From Octopus sinensis (taxonomy: Eukaryota): 64,000 nt of DNA. The DNA is taken from the NCBI RefSeq assembly GCF_006345805.1, contig NC_042998.1:203422001-203486000 (forward strand). The letters run 5' to 3'. The notes below the pieces were generated by a model. It searched no databases, was not told the DNA's origin, and saw nothing but the letters and a program-made list of their open reading frames with translations. A program made the translations under genes and the position numbers. Position 1 is the stretch's first letter. Each line of letters opens with the position of its first letter. Shown in pieces: positions 50,323 to 63,668 of the stretch.

Positions 50323-50802
50323 GACAGATATTTATCGTTTGTTTACGTGCTTCAGTGACTGGACAGCGGCCATACTAGAGCACTGCTTTGGAGAGTTTTA
50401 GATGAACGATCGATCTCAGTTCTTATTTTAGAAAAACATCATCGCACTCATTCTATTGGGTCCTTTTAGCCGAACCGCTATGTTACAGGAGTGTAAACAA
50501 ACCGACACAGGTTGTTCGGCTAGAGTGAGAGACAAATACACTCACACATTCACATAAATACATACATACATACATGCATATATACACGCATGCATACATA
50601 CATAATATGCATGCATGCATGTATGCGTGTCTGTATGTATATAATGCATGTCACGTGTCCAGTGATTTGATGTCTGATCGATGAAAACTGAAAGTATTTG
50701 ACAGTAAATTATGTTTGTGTGTGTGTGGGGGGGTATGTGAATATATGTATGTGATTGTTGTTTGTGTGTATGTGTGTGAAAGAGAGAGAGAGAGAGGGGG
50801 GA

Positions 50803-50840
<38 letters not shown>

Positions 50841-52029
50841 CTCAGAAATAACTTAATTCTTGGCGCTTAATACAGCCAACTTGACGTACTAATACTGTAC
50901 ACATGTGAACACACACACACACAGAACTTTACCTGTGTGCATGTGTGTATACCTATGTGTGTGCAACTGTGTGCGACTGTGTGCTTGTGTGTGTGCGTGC
51001 GTGTGTGTGTGCATGTTCCATAAAATCTTCAATTAGGGCAGGGTCGAGCATACGAAGACACATTTACACACACATGCATAATTCCATCCTCTCTCTTCCT
51101 CTCTCTCTCTCTCTTCCTCTCTCTCTCTCGCTCCCCCCTCTCTCTCTCTCTCTTCCTCTCTCTCTCTCTCTTCCCCATCTTCATACAAACACAAATACGT
51201 ATGAGCACCTTCAGAAACCTATTTTTTTCCACATTCTCTCTCGCTCTCTTTCTCACTCACTCGCCTTCCGACTCTCTTTTCACTCCCAGTCTCTCTCTCT
51301 CTCTCTCTCTCTCACAGATTTTCTCTTTAATAAACATTCTTAGCCTTATTTCTCTCTCTCTCACTCTTTGTCACTCTCACACTCACATACGGACACACAC
51401 TCTACACCCCTTCAATCGCCAGCATATAACTGCACACAAACACACACACACACACACACATGCACACACACATAAACGTATATATATATATGTATATACA
51501 CACACACATATACACACACACACACACAGGCACACACACACACATAAACGTATATACACACACACACAAACACATATATACACATACATACACACACACA
51601 CATAAACATATATATATATATACACATACACACATATACACATACATACACACACTGGCACACACACACACATAAACGTATATACACACACACACATACA
51701 CACACACACACACACATACACACACTGTACAGTAACGCCAGCAGTCACCGCCATCTTACGTCTATACATATTTGCACATCTGTTGACAGAAATATGAACC
51801 AATTAGTTTACTAAAAGTGGTTCAGTCCGGGAGAAAAGAACACTAGTATTACTACTCCCACCTCTCCCTCCTTCGCTCTCTCTCTCTCTCTCTTTTCACT
51901 CTCACTCACAACCTCTCTTTTTTTCTCCACATACTCACAAACACGTGTGCGTGCTTCTATTTCTCTCTCTCTCTCTTTCTCTTGCTCTCCCTCTCTCTAA
52001 TTATGAGCTAAACACTCACTCCTTCACAC

Positions 52030-52480
<451 letters not shown>

Positions 52481-52970
52481 TACCCTCTTTCTCTCGTACA
52501 CATTTTGTGGGTGGGAATATATTCCTTAGAAACTGAAAAATAAGCACACCTTACCCCTCCCCCCATAAGCACACACATTTTGCACTCTCTCTCTCCCCTC
52601 TTTCTCTGTTTCCTTTCTCTTTCAAACACACACATCACTTACAGATTAATCCACCCCATAGACATATATACTCTTAACAAGACACTCACACGCACACCCC
52701 ATCTCCTACTCGAAACCCTCCCAAACACACAATCACATCCTCAACCACGTCACAAGAGTTGTTCGTCGCAACAGGAATTTTTCTGCGATTTGTGCTAAAT
52801 ACTCTTTGCAATGCTTAAGACTTGCATGAGCTAAGAAAGAGCGCGAACAAGGAGCAAGATTACGTAAAAGAAGGAGCCCAGACCGGGCAGCAGCACACGA
52901 CATTAGTTTTGTTATTTAGATATAGGTAGAATCACGTGGCCTAGTGGTTAGGGTATTGCTGCATTCATAA

Positions 52971-53186
52971 GGCGGCGAGCTGGCAGAGTGGTTAGCACGC
53001 CGGGCGAAATGCATTGCCTTATTTCGTCTGCCGTTACGTTCTGAGTTTAAATTCCGCCGAGGTCGACTTTGCCTTTCGTCCTTTCGGGGTCGATAAATTA
53101 AGTACCAGTTACGCACTGCGGTCGATGTAATCGACTTAATCCGTTTGCCTGTCCTTGTTCGTCCCCTTGTGGGTAGCAAAGAAATA
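52971..53186 (+). mobile_element. SINE A inserted into the head of an older family-F SINE, 14-bp TSD
   Basis: ggtattgctgcatt at 52952-52965 and 53187-53200. Confidence 0.9.
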
Positions 53187-53776
53187 GGTATTGCTGCATT
53201 TACGATCGCTAGATCATGGGTTTGTATCCCTGACCGTTGTGTTCTTGAACAAAACTTTTCATTTCACCTCGCACCAGTTCACTCAGCTGTAAATAGGGGT
53301 CACCTTGTAGTGGACTAGCCTTCAAACCAGAGAGACTGTTGGCCTGCTCGCCTAGCCAGTGGGGTGGCGTCGTTCAAAAGCTAAAGCAATGCGAAGCGCA
53401 TTATGACTAGCGATGTGTAACGACATACAATAGATTGGTTGATACCGGGATTCATACATGCATTACGTTCTGAGTTCAAGTCTCGCCAAGGCCATCTTCG
53501 TCTTTCATCCTTCTGCATGGAAGGCAAAGTTAATCTAGCGAAGATTTAAACTCAGGGGTCACTCAAATAATGCACCCTTTAAGTACTTTGCCCCTTCACT
53601 CCAAACTGCTTGTCACGTGTCTAAATGAGTTGGCAGAACCTTTAGAGCATCGAGAAATACTTTGCAGTAATTGTTCTGGCGCTTTACGATCCGAGTTCAA
53701 ATTCCGCTGAAATCACCTTTGCTTTTCATCCCTTCGGGGTCAATAATACGATATACTAGTCTAATAATGGTTTCAC

Positions 53777-54456
53777 TGCCCTGTACACCATAAGTTTGGT
53801 TTCGGTTCGGATGTCCCGATCAGCAAAAACTTTACGCATCCGAAACCTGGACCCCGTATAGTCACCACCTGAAAACACTCGAGAAATTTCACCAACGCTG
53901 TCTTCGGAAGATCCTCAACATCAGCTGGGAAGACAGAAGAACTAACGTCAGCGTGCTACGAGAAGCAAAAATGACCAGCATCGAAGCCTATGTCATCAAA
54001 GGCCAACTAAGATGGAGCGGCCACGTGGTTAGAATGACTGACGAACGACTTCCCAAACAGATCTACTCCCAACTCAAAGACGGCAAGCGTACAAAAGGAG
54101 GCCAGAAGAAACGCTACAAGGACTCCCTGAAAACGAACCTCAAAAAGTGTGACATCGACTTCACTAACTGGGAGGAAACGGCAAAAAACAGACCACTCTG
54201 GAAAACCACCATCCATGAAGGAACGGCGACTTTCGAGTCGTAAAGTTCTGCAGAGCAGGAGGAGAAAAGATGACGACGGAAGGAGCGCCAACAACTACCA
54301 CGTGCGACTCTCCCTTCCGGCACTAGATGTCCGCACTGCGACCGATCTTTTCGAGCAGGAATTGGTCTTATCAGTCACCTGCGGACTCACCAATAAATTT
54401 GCGCGAAGATCATCATCCTCGACCTTGAGAGATTGCCATAGTAGTAGTAGTAGTAG
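53777..54456 (+). mobile_element. 5'-truncated RTE LINE with 5' inversion, (TAG)n tail and 12-bp TSD
   Basis: LYASETW...FHQRCLRKIL...QLRWSGHVVRM...RYKDSLK; terminal CPHC...SHLRTH finger; TSD taatggtttcac at 53765-53776 and 54457-54468. Confidence 0.92.
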
Positions 54457-55353
54457 TAATGGTTTCACATTTTGGTACAAGGCCAGCAATATCGAGGGAG
54501 GGGATAAGACGATTACATCGACCCCAGTAGTCAGCTGGTATTTATTTTAACGACCATGAAAGGATGAAAGTTAAAGTCAGCCTCGGCGGAATTTGAACTC
54601 AAAACGTAAAGACGGATGAAATGCCGCTAAGCATTCTGTTCGGCTTGCTAATGATTCTGCCACTCGGCGCCCTATACCAGTTTAATAATGGGTCGATATA
54701 ACTGACAAATTATCGCCTTGAAAACTTTGCATCTAAATTAAAACGATTATTCACACATCACCGTGATCACCGTGACCGACCATGCTATCAGATATTGTTA
54801 CACAATATTGTATGAATATTGACTATATTTTCTACAGTCAATATATATAGTGAAAACTTTTAATTATATTTACAAAATTTTCACTCATCACCGTTTCTTA
54901 ACGCAGAATATATATATATATATATATATTATAATAAGAGATATACATGTATGTATGTATGTATGTATGTATGTATGTATGTATGTATGTATGTAGGCAT
55001 GTATGTATGTATGTATATATATATATGCATATGTGTACATGTGTATACCTGTGAGTGTGCATGTGAGTAATAAGAGATGCGGTGGAGTTTGTGGCACTCA
55101 AGCAAGTCACAAAAATGCATTGAAACTTGTTGACAATACGATTAGAAAACAAGCGAAGGTTAATAAACACTTTTTGGGTGCTGTTAATGGCTTTTTTGCG
55201 AGTTAATTGAGAGACGCAGCGAGAGAAACAGGTTTAAATACATGTTTAAAATAATATTTTCTTTTGTTAGCCACAGGGGCATGGTTGGTGGGGCAGCATA
55301 GATGAAAGGAACATTACAAGGACAGGCAACTATTTGTGTGGAAACTTACTTAA

Positions 55354-55746
55354 AGGCACAGGAGTAGCTGTGTGGTAAGTAGCTTGCTAACCAGCCACAT
55401 GGTTCCGGGTTCAGTCCCACTGCCTGGCATCTTGGGCAAGTGTCTTCCGCTATAGCCCCGAGCCGACCAATGCCTTGTGAGTGGATTTGGTAGACGGAAA
55501 CTGAAAGAAGCCTGTCGTATATATGTATATATTTGTGTGTGTGTGTGTTTGTCCCCCTAGCATTGCTTGACAACCGATGCTGGTGTATTTACGTCCCCGT
55601 AACTTAGCGGTTCGGCAAAGGAGATCGATGGAATAAGTACTGGGCTTACAAAGAATAAGTTCCGGGGTCGATTTACTCGACTAAAGGCGGTGCTCCAGCA
55701 TGGCCGCAGTCAAATGACTGAAACAAGTAAAAGAATAAAAGAGAGT
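55354..55746 (+). mobile_element. SINE family B, full length, little diverged
   Basis: Collinear with the other B copies. Confidence 0.9.
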
Positions 55747-55799
55747 AAAGGATGGGGAGAAAGAAATGGAAGAAAAAAAAACAGAGATAAAAGTATCCA

Positions 55800-56300
55800 T
55801 CGTCTACAAAGTATGTGAAGGTCCTTCAAAACAGATCAGCGAGTTCATCCTCGTGGACGCTTAGAGTATCCCCGAGAATGTCATCGCTCTTGCCCACCAC
55901 TAGAATTTTTCCATATTCCTACCGTAGACCTTTCACCGATCGCATTGCCCGACTGGTAGAGAGCAATGAGTGCCTGAAGACCTTCCAGATGCCAAGCACC
56001 TACTCTTGGTCCTTTTTTTTTGTGTGACCCAGGATTGCAGTTTCGTCAAAGAGATGAGCTGCTGAAAAAGCGTGTTTTACACATGGAGACCACAACGGCT
56101 CAGCGATCCAGAAAAATCTGTAAATGGTATAGCCACACCGCTTGACTGCACTTTAGCAACCATGGCATATCAAGCCTGTTATCCAGAGGGCGCTAGCAAC
56201 AGATGGGTCGCCTGACTAGTGGAACACGTCCTTTCCACAGGAAGTGGAAAAAGAAATGCTTCAGTTCAGCCAAATTGGGACAGGGACAATGTACAACGGT
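55800..56300 (-). mobile_element. Tx1/L1-like LINE relic (post-RT region)
   Basis: HFLWKGRVPLVRRPICC*RPLDNRLDMPW resembles the FLW.G....V.R..C......GGL..P motif of Tx1/L1 elements. Confidence 0.6.
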
Positions 56301-56334
56301 CAGGCGATAAGTTATTAAAGAGGCGATATACGCA

Positions 56335-56447
56335 GTCGATTAAATAAGTACCAGTTACGCACTGGAGTCGATATAATCGACTTAGTCCCTTTGTCTGTCC
56401 TTGTCTGTCCCCTCTGTATTTAGCCCCTTGTGGGTAGTAAAGAAATA
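56335..56447 (+). mobile_element. 5'-truncated SINE A with 10-bp TSD
   Basis: gatatacgca at 56325-56334 and 56448-56457. Confidence 0.88.
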
Positions 56448-56974
56448 GATATACGCATTCGTCACGCCTGCTCGAACTTTCAGAGATAATTTCCTGTCGG
56501 CCCGTTTCTGAGGGAGACTGACCATCCTGCCTGTAACCTCATCCTATCTTTCTAATTTTGGCACAAGGTCAGTGTTTTTGAGGAGAGGGAGAAGCGAATT
56601 ACATCGATTCCAGTTCTTGAGCGGTGCTTTATTTTATTGGAACTTATTTCACCGATTCCCGAATGGATGAAAGGCGAGGTTGATCGAGAGATAGTCAAAA
56701 ACATAAAAACTATAATAATAATGGGGAAAATTTATGAATTATTCAAAAACACGCAAATCATTGATGATAAAAATAAGATGTTTACTTTAGTTTTACTTTA
56801 CTTTAATTTTTACTTGTTTTGTACACTAAGTGAGAGGCCGTGAAATTTTGTCTTGGAGAAACCTTTTCCTCTTTATAGACTTGTCTCAGCAGACCCCCAG
56901 CAAATGTATTGTTTTCTCTTTTCTATATATAGGAAGAAAACTTACAGCTTCGCTCCAGATGACCAAAGTAGTGT

Positions 56975-57008
56975 CTGAAGAGGCGAAACCACGCCGAAAC
57001 ACCGTGTC
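56975..57008 (+). ncRNA. Hammerhead-like motif with canonical core but no stem I
   Basis: CTGAAGA-ggcg-aaacca-cgcc-GAAAC-acc-gt-GTC. Confidence 0.5.
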
Positions 57009-57907
57009 TGATAGTCCGCTGACATCATTTACAGCTCAGTTCGATATCTTTACACACAGTCTAACTTTTCCTCCAAGCCAGAATTCCGCTGTATATGCGT
57101 TTCACGTTCTGGTTAGTATTAAACATATATGTACACTTCTTTATTGTAAAAAGAAATAATTGATTATAAAGGTATAAAAAATCATTTACGGTATCCAATC
57201 CTTACACGGGTACAACTTCTTCATCTTGGTCAAGTAATATCACCTTCCCACAATTCTTTCCGCCTGACCTATGTTCTGTAGGAAACAGATGCATCAAACT
57301 GCAACCACAAGAATATTATCGGGTAAGTTGGATCTGAAAGACCCAATATTCTCTTACAGACGTTTACAGATTACAAGTGATGCCTTTGCTAAAATTCTTC
57401 CCCAGCAATATTCCTGCTATTTTCACCTCACCTCTCCTGCTCCAACAAGCTCGAACATTGAATTAAGCAACTCACACTTATTCTCCCCGATCATGGTGAA
57501 GATGGACCCCTTAGTGGCCAGGGAAAAGTACTGGCCAGGGAAAAGACGCCTTCTTGTAGGGATTATTTCTTCTTCTTGTTCTTGCAAGATGTTGGAGAAG
57601 CACAACTGTAAGGAAGACTTGGACCTCGTCACCTTCTGAGAAGAGTAGAAGGTGCCGTGAATTCTTCATTTCCAAAACTTCCAACTGTTTCCTTCTTGGT
57701 TATTTATCTCATCTTAGGATGGGAACGGTTTAAGGGGCGATAGATGGGGTTGGATTGGCACCAATATTTACACTGTGTGTGGGGGGGGGGTGTAAAATGG
57801 GGTGGGCAATGGTGTCGAGGAGGGTTTCAAGTCGCTCGGGGCTACCGTTTGGTTGCCTTGATGAGGAATATGAGAAAAAGAAGCACGGCTCAAAATAGCT
57901 AGGATTA

Positions 57908-58208
57908 TCTCTCTATATATAAAACTGAGAATGTGTGTGTGTCTGTCTGTCTGTCTATCTGTGTGTTTCCCTAAAACTTGAGAACTATACAACCAATTTC
58001 ATTCAAATTTTACACATGCCTTACTTAGGGTTCGAGGAGTGTCATCGGCAAAAAAATATTTTAACTTTTTGCCTAGGGCGAGCCCGCAGCAATATCATAT
58101 CTTCTCCACTATGATTCCATAAAACTTGAGAACTACACAACCAATTTCATTCAAATTTTACACATGCCTTACTTAGGATCCATGTAGTTTCATGGGCAAA
58201 AAAGTTTC
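57908..58208 (+). mobile_element. Helitron 5' portion with internal tandem duplication
   Basis: A|TCTCTCTATATATAAAAC start; ~57-bp unit repeated near 57973 and 58121. Confidence 0.65.
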
Positions 58209-59470
58209 ATTGGCAACAAAAACCTTTACTGGTAATAGCCGGCTGTAGTTGTAACCGGTCTTCATGTCCCTTTGCATGTCGTTTAAGTCCTCCTGTCGAA
58301 TTACACTCTCTTCCACATGCCCAACAGATATGATTAGTATGGTGTGTTACACCACCACCAGTGGCCAGGTTGTCACTCATCTGTCTCGTTTTATGACTAC
58401 GAAGATGACTCATGAGTCCAGCTTTACTGAGGCAGGGTCTTGCACAGACATTGCATGTGAGAATCAAAGGAAGACCCTTCCCTTCTGGAAGTGTAACTGC
58501 GATGCCCTTCCTGACATCCCTCCTTACTTTCTCATGTGCAGCTCGAGATTTCTCAAACGTGGCTGTCCCCTCATGCACAATCCTTCTCCACCTGCTACGA
58601 TCAATAGCTATGCCTTCCCATGTGTCAGGAGAGATGCAAGCATCTCTTAAGGAAGCCTTCAGCAAGTCCTTATACCTCTTTTTTGGTTTATGAGGAGGTC
58701 GTTCTCCTTTAGCTAACTCTCCATAAAAGAGTTGTTTTGGCATCCTTGAATCCTCCATTCTGACCAGATGACCACTCCATCTGAGCCTTTGCTTTAACAC
58801 AAGAGCTTCTATACTTACACACGAGAGCCTTCGAGTATTTCAAAATTACTGATGCGGTCCTTCCACTTAATGCCATAGATCCGTCTGAGACACATCTGAT
58901 GGAAACGTTCCAGATGTTTAAGGTGGTATCGATATGTGACCCACGTCTCGTAGGCATAGAGAAGAGAAGGGAGCACACATGCCTTGTACACCTTTATCTT
59001 TGTCTTTCTGCATATGTCTCGCCGACTCAAGAGGCGCTTTTCTAGCCTTCCGAAAGCAACACTTGCTTTCCTAATTCTATATGGAACTTCATCATCCACA
59101 TTGTCATATCTATTAATAATGCTTCCCAGGTAGACAAACTGATCGACTACATCAAGTCGTTTACCATTCACATAGATATTTGGTACACTATACTGCTTAC
59201 CAGGGGCAGGTTGGTACATGACAAAAGTTTTCTTGAGACTGACTGTCAATCCTAAGGCAGTGCAAGCATCAGAGAATGCATTCAAAATGTGATGCATATC
59301 AATCTCTGTGTGTGCTACTAGCTCACAATCGTCTGCATACAAAAGGTTTCTTATGATAGAGGTAAATACCTTTGTTTTTGCAGCAAAGCGCCTGATACTA
59401 AATATGCTGCCAGAGGTTCGATAATGGACGTAAACACCGTATCTGCAGTTTCTGGATGCAATACAGAACA
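58209..59470 (-). mobile_element. RTE LINE fragment (RT C-half + C-terminal domain with tandem C2H2 fingers)
   Basis: LLYADDCELVAH, FVYLGS, KASVAFGRL, LLYAYETW, RLRWSGHLVRM; CNVC...HLRSH and CWAC...HAKGH. Confidence 0.92.
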
Positions 59471-59580
59471 CCATCGCGAAATATATGCATACATCCATAC
59501 ATACATACATGCATGCATACATACATACATACATACATACATACATACATACATACATACATACATACATACATACATAC

Positions 59581-60689
59581 AAGTGGTGTTGACAGGCTCT
59601 ACCTAAGAAGAAATGAAGGTGGTAAAGGCCTGAGATCAGTGCAGACGACCTTCGAATGCCGTTCGGTATCATTCAGGCAGCACCTGCTAAACAACCGCAG
59701 CAAAAAGGAATATATTAATGCAGTCCTGAAAAGTGAAGTGAGCAAGTTGTACGAGTTGGCAGGGAACTCCTCAAAAAACACTCCCTTCCTGATCATCTCC
59801 TATACAGCCACAAAACAGCTGGGCTCTCAGAGAAGACCCGGATGGAAAGCACTCAGCATACGGAAAAAAGACTATGCATGGGTATGTTAACCGGAAGCTT
59901 GAAGAAGACAGTGGAATTGACACGAAGCGTTGCCTCTCTTGGACACAAGACCACTACATCACATCACACTTTGAAGGTTATGCATTTGCAATCCAGGAAC
60001 AGGAGATTGCCACAAAGTACCTGGTGAACAAGAGAGACAGAGACGCTCGTGTAATCCCAAGGTGCAACCGCATGTGTAGGCTATGTCCTGTTTCTGTGGA
60101 AGACATTGCGCATGTGATTAGAAGCTGACCTAAAATGTCCTGAAATAAACTTAGAAAATCCCTCTGTTATGGAATACATTCATAAACACCAACTCAAGGA
60201 ATACTGGTGGAATAGTCCCATCAAAACCTCTGTCAAATGTAAACATAACAGACCGAATATTGTTGTTTGGAACAGAGGGGCAAAAGTATGTACCGTCATA
60301 GAGGTCAGGTGCCCTGTAGATATAAATACCTCTTTGAAAATCAAAGAAAAAGAGGATATTTATGGACAAATGCTTCGAAACTTCCAGCATCTATATTCTG
60401 ACTATGAGTTCATATTCATACCAATAATACTTGGAGCACTAGGTCTTGTCAGTAAATGCTTAAAGGAAAATCTGGATAAACTGGGATTTTCAAAAAGAGA
60501 AATCGACCGGCTGATTTGTACATTACAAGTGCAATCTGTGAGTGGAACAGTAAAAACATGCAAGACTTTTCTCAAGTTGCAAATGTGAATTTGTCTGTGT
60601 TAACTACATCCCAAAGATGGAGCTTTGTATCTTTGTTGGAAACCGGCTCCCTCCTCAGTGGAACATTTATAGAAGAAAAAGAGCGAAGG
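59581..60689 (+). mobile_element. R4-like REL LINE family E, 5'-truncated, between (CATA)n tracts
   Basis: VDRLYLRRNEGGKGL, FAIQEQEI, CRLCPVSVEDIAHVIRS, KHNRPNIVVW...IEVRCP, IPIILGALG. Confidence 0.85.
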
Positions 60690-61020
60690 CATACACGCAT
60701 ACATACATACACACATACATACAAACATACAAACATACATACATACATACATACACACATACATACATACATACATACATACATACACACACATATATAT
60801 ACACATACATACATACACACATACATACATATATATATATATACATACATTCATAATACATACATACACGCATACATACATACATACACACATACATACA
60901 TACATGCATACATACATACACACATACACACATACATACATACACACATACACACATACATACATACATACATACATACATACATACACACATACATACA
61001 TATATGTATGCATACTTACA
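60690..61020. repeat. Degenerate (CATA)n array
   Basis: Direct reading; a purer (CATA)n lies at ~59490-59580. Confidence 0.95.
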
Positions 61021-61618
61021 TTCATACACTCTCGTAGGTGGAACCTGGAAGTACTCGTTCTATCTAACAAACTTTGTCTTGGGGAGCCCATTTAGGGAAC
61101 AGGAAGTGATACGAGATTCGCAGCATCGTGTAAGAAGTCGGAAACGAATCACAGCCTCAGTTCGACGGACGGTTGATTTAGTTCTCTGGAACTGTTCGCG
61201 CGACTGTAAAAGGTCTTTGTAAATAAAAAATAGAAAAGTGGACCATAGGAACAACAGCAGTCAACGGATCGGTTGTTGTTGTTGTTGTTGTTGTTGATGT
61301 GGTTTAGCGTAATTTCCAACCTAATAGATCAGATCCATCATCAAAGGCTTTCAAATCGTGACTCTCCGGCTTTTCTTTTTACTTCCAGACGTAGTCTATC
61401 TAGGACAACGTTATTCAATGTGTCCTTCGTTTTCAAAGAGCATATAGTGATACAAAGAAGATTTGGTTCTGTTCTTTGAACGAGCAGATGTATGATCAAA
61501 ATATTTCCAAATGAGACTATCCCGCCTTTTTGTTTTCAGACTTTGTGTATCTAAGACTACAATATCAAATGTGTCCTTTCCGTTTTTTTCAGCAATGTGG
61601 AGTATTATTAGAAAGATA

Positions 61619-61639
61619 TCATATCTATAAAAGGCATGA

Positions 61640-61673
<34 letters not shown>

Positions 61674-62343
61674 TGTGTACGTGATTGTAATTTATGCACG
61701 TCCACAAATTAGCACGCATGTCGCTCCAATTTTAGGAGGACATTCGTCAACATCCTATCTGGGTTTTGTCAACTTACTTTTTTCCCGAGGCACCCGCGGA
61801 TAGCGGTAAAATTCTATTTTCAGCCATAGCTTTTAGCCATAAAAAATATCAGCCATAGCTTTTTGACGGCGTCTAACAAAAAAATAAGATAAAGAAAAGT
61901 GGAAGAGGGGCAGAAATGTTCACGGGAAAGACAAACTGAGAGAGGGAGAGAGAGGAGAGAGAGAGAGAGAGAGAGAGAGTAAGTGACGACGTTCATAAAA
62001 AATAAAATGTTTTGTTTTTTCTTAAACACGAGATATAGTGTTCAAATTCAGGATGTTTTGAAAGACACTATATCTTATAATCATAGTATATATACTTTCT
62101 CTCACAACAATTACAATATATTTATTTTAAATCACTTATTTATTTTAAATCGTTCATCTTTCTCCCCCCCCCCTCTCTCTCACATACATTACTTTGGGTG
62201 CGAAAGAATTTTGTTTTTATTTTACGCCGAGTAAAAAAGTGTTTTGTTGAGAGTCGATATTACTTAGTTTGGTTTGCAATAAAGAACTTGATTAGCTTAG
62301 TAATCGTAACTTAATCCTGGGCAAGGCCGGTTTATACTGCTAG
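61619..62343 (+). mobile_element. Probable non-autonomous Helitron
   Basis: 3' cctgggcaaggccgg...CTAG|T at 62340-62344; candidate 5' end A|TCATATCTATAAAAG followed by (TG)n as in other copies. Confidence 0.5.
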
Positions 62344-62439
62344 TAGTTACTATTTCTTGTCGATCGAATCTCTAAGTAGAGGCTTCCTCTTTATATTTTC
62401 TTTTCATACAATGTGTATCGAGGACTACATTATCAAATG

Positions 62440-62690
62440 TGTCCTTTCCTTCTTTTCAGTGATATGGAGATTGGCATTTCGATCTATTTCTAGCAGATCG
62501 AGATACCAAGCAAGAGATACAGTTTTTTCTAATGACAACAGGCTGTTTGGTTGCTAATGAGGCAATGTCTGACGCTATTTATTCTGAAAGCCAAAAATAC
62601 CTGAGATGGCAGAGGATATTGCCATGGCAACACTTGACAAACAAGGCGATTGTACGAAAATACCTAACTTAAAACAGAGCAAGGTATGCT
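62440..62690 (+). mobile_element. Highly decayed RTE relic
   Basis: RLFGC and QRILPWQHLTNKAI resemble LLYGCETW and RIL.I.W....TN..V. Confidence 0.4.
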
Positions 62691-63668
62691 GTCATAGCAA
62701 CGCCTGTCACAAGACAGAGTTGTTTTACATATTTGATATCGCTTTGGCTTTAAACAGTTCATCACGTGATGTTTCTTCTGAGACGACGGCAGATTCTGAC
62801 TTGGTTGCTCATGGCGACGACGGCGATGATATTGATGATGTTACTCATCACCAGGCCAAATGTGATCGAACAGAACTATTTTTAAAGCGTTCCAGCTATG
62901 ACCATATCATCTTATTTCCAAATCCAACATGGCCTTCGATCAATTTTTAAGATGGTATGGTGAAGTTTGAGAAATCTGAGTTGAACACATCAAACATGAA
63001 ACATACTCCTGTATTAAGCACAAAAAACATAATTGTTATATATATCGTAACTTAGCGGTTCGGCAAAAGAGACCGATAGAATAAGTGCCAGGCTTACAAA
63101 GAATAAGTCTTGGGGCTGATTTGATCGACTAAAAAAGGGGTGTTCCAGCATGGCCGCAGTCAAATGACTGAAACAAGTAAAAGAGTAAAAGAGTATATCA
63201 AACACACTCCATTGTATCAAACACACCAACCATGCCATTGTGTCTAACATATCATGCATTCTATTGTATCTCATATATCAATGTTCCAAACATATTTAGG
63301 AGATAACATATCAAGCATTCTCTTACGTCTGAGTAAGGGTTGTTTAAGGATGCTGAACGAAACACCCATGTTTCCAGAGGTGAATTATTCAAACCCCAAA
63401 GAATCCCTCTCAACACATGGCTATGATGCTCCCCCACTACTTCTGCTCGTGATTAGAGTTGCACATATCGTCAGCCACTAAGGGACATGCTCAACTGGTT
63501 AAGGTCAAACAACTGATCAGCAAATCTGTGGTATTGAGCAGAATATTTGCTGTAGCCCATCTTTTATACCAAGACAAAACAATGTACATGATAACACTTC
63601 CAATCAGTTAAGATCAGAAGCCATGAGAGCCACTGCCTGGTACTGCATCAGGGCGTTTATTATTATTA

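Noticed and set aside
57240-57660. Coding-like segment (piggyBac or Gypsy RNase H considered)
   Set aside because: All frames are interrupted and no diagnostic motif could be aligned
61060-61215. Candidate minus-strand exon after a pyrimidine tract (ttttacag|)
   Set aside because: No good donor site and no recognisable peptide
62596-62690. Candidate host exon ending AAG|GTATGC
   Set aside because: Another frame matches decayed RTE motifs, the acceptor is weak and no partner exons are evident
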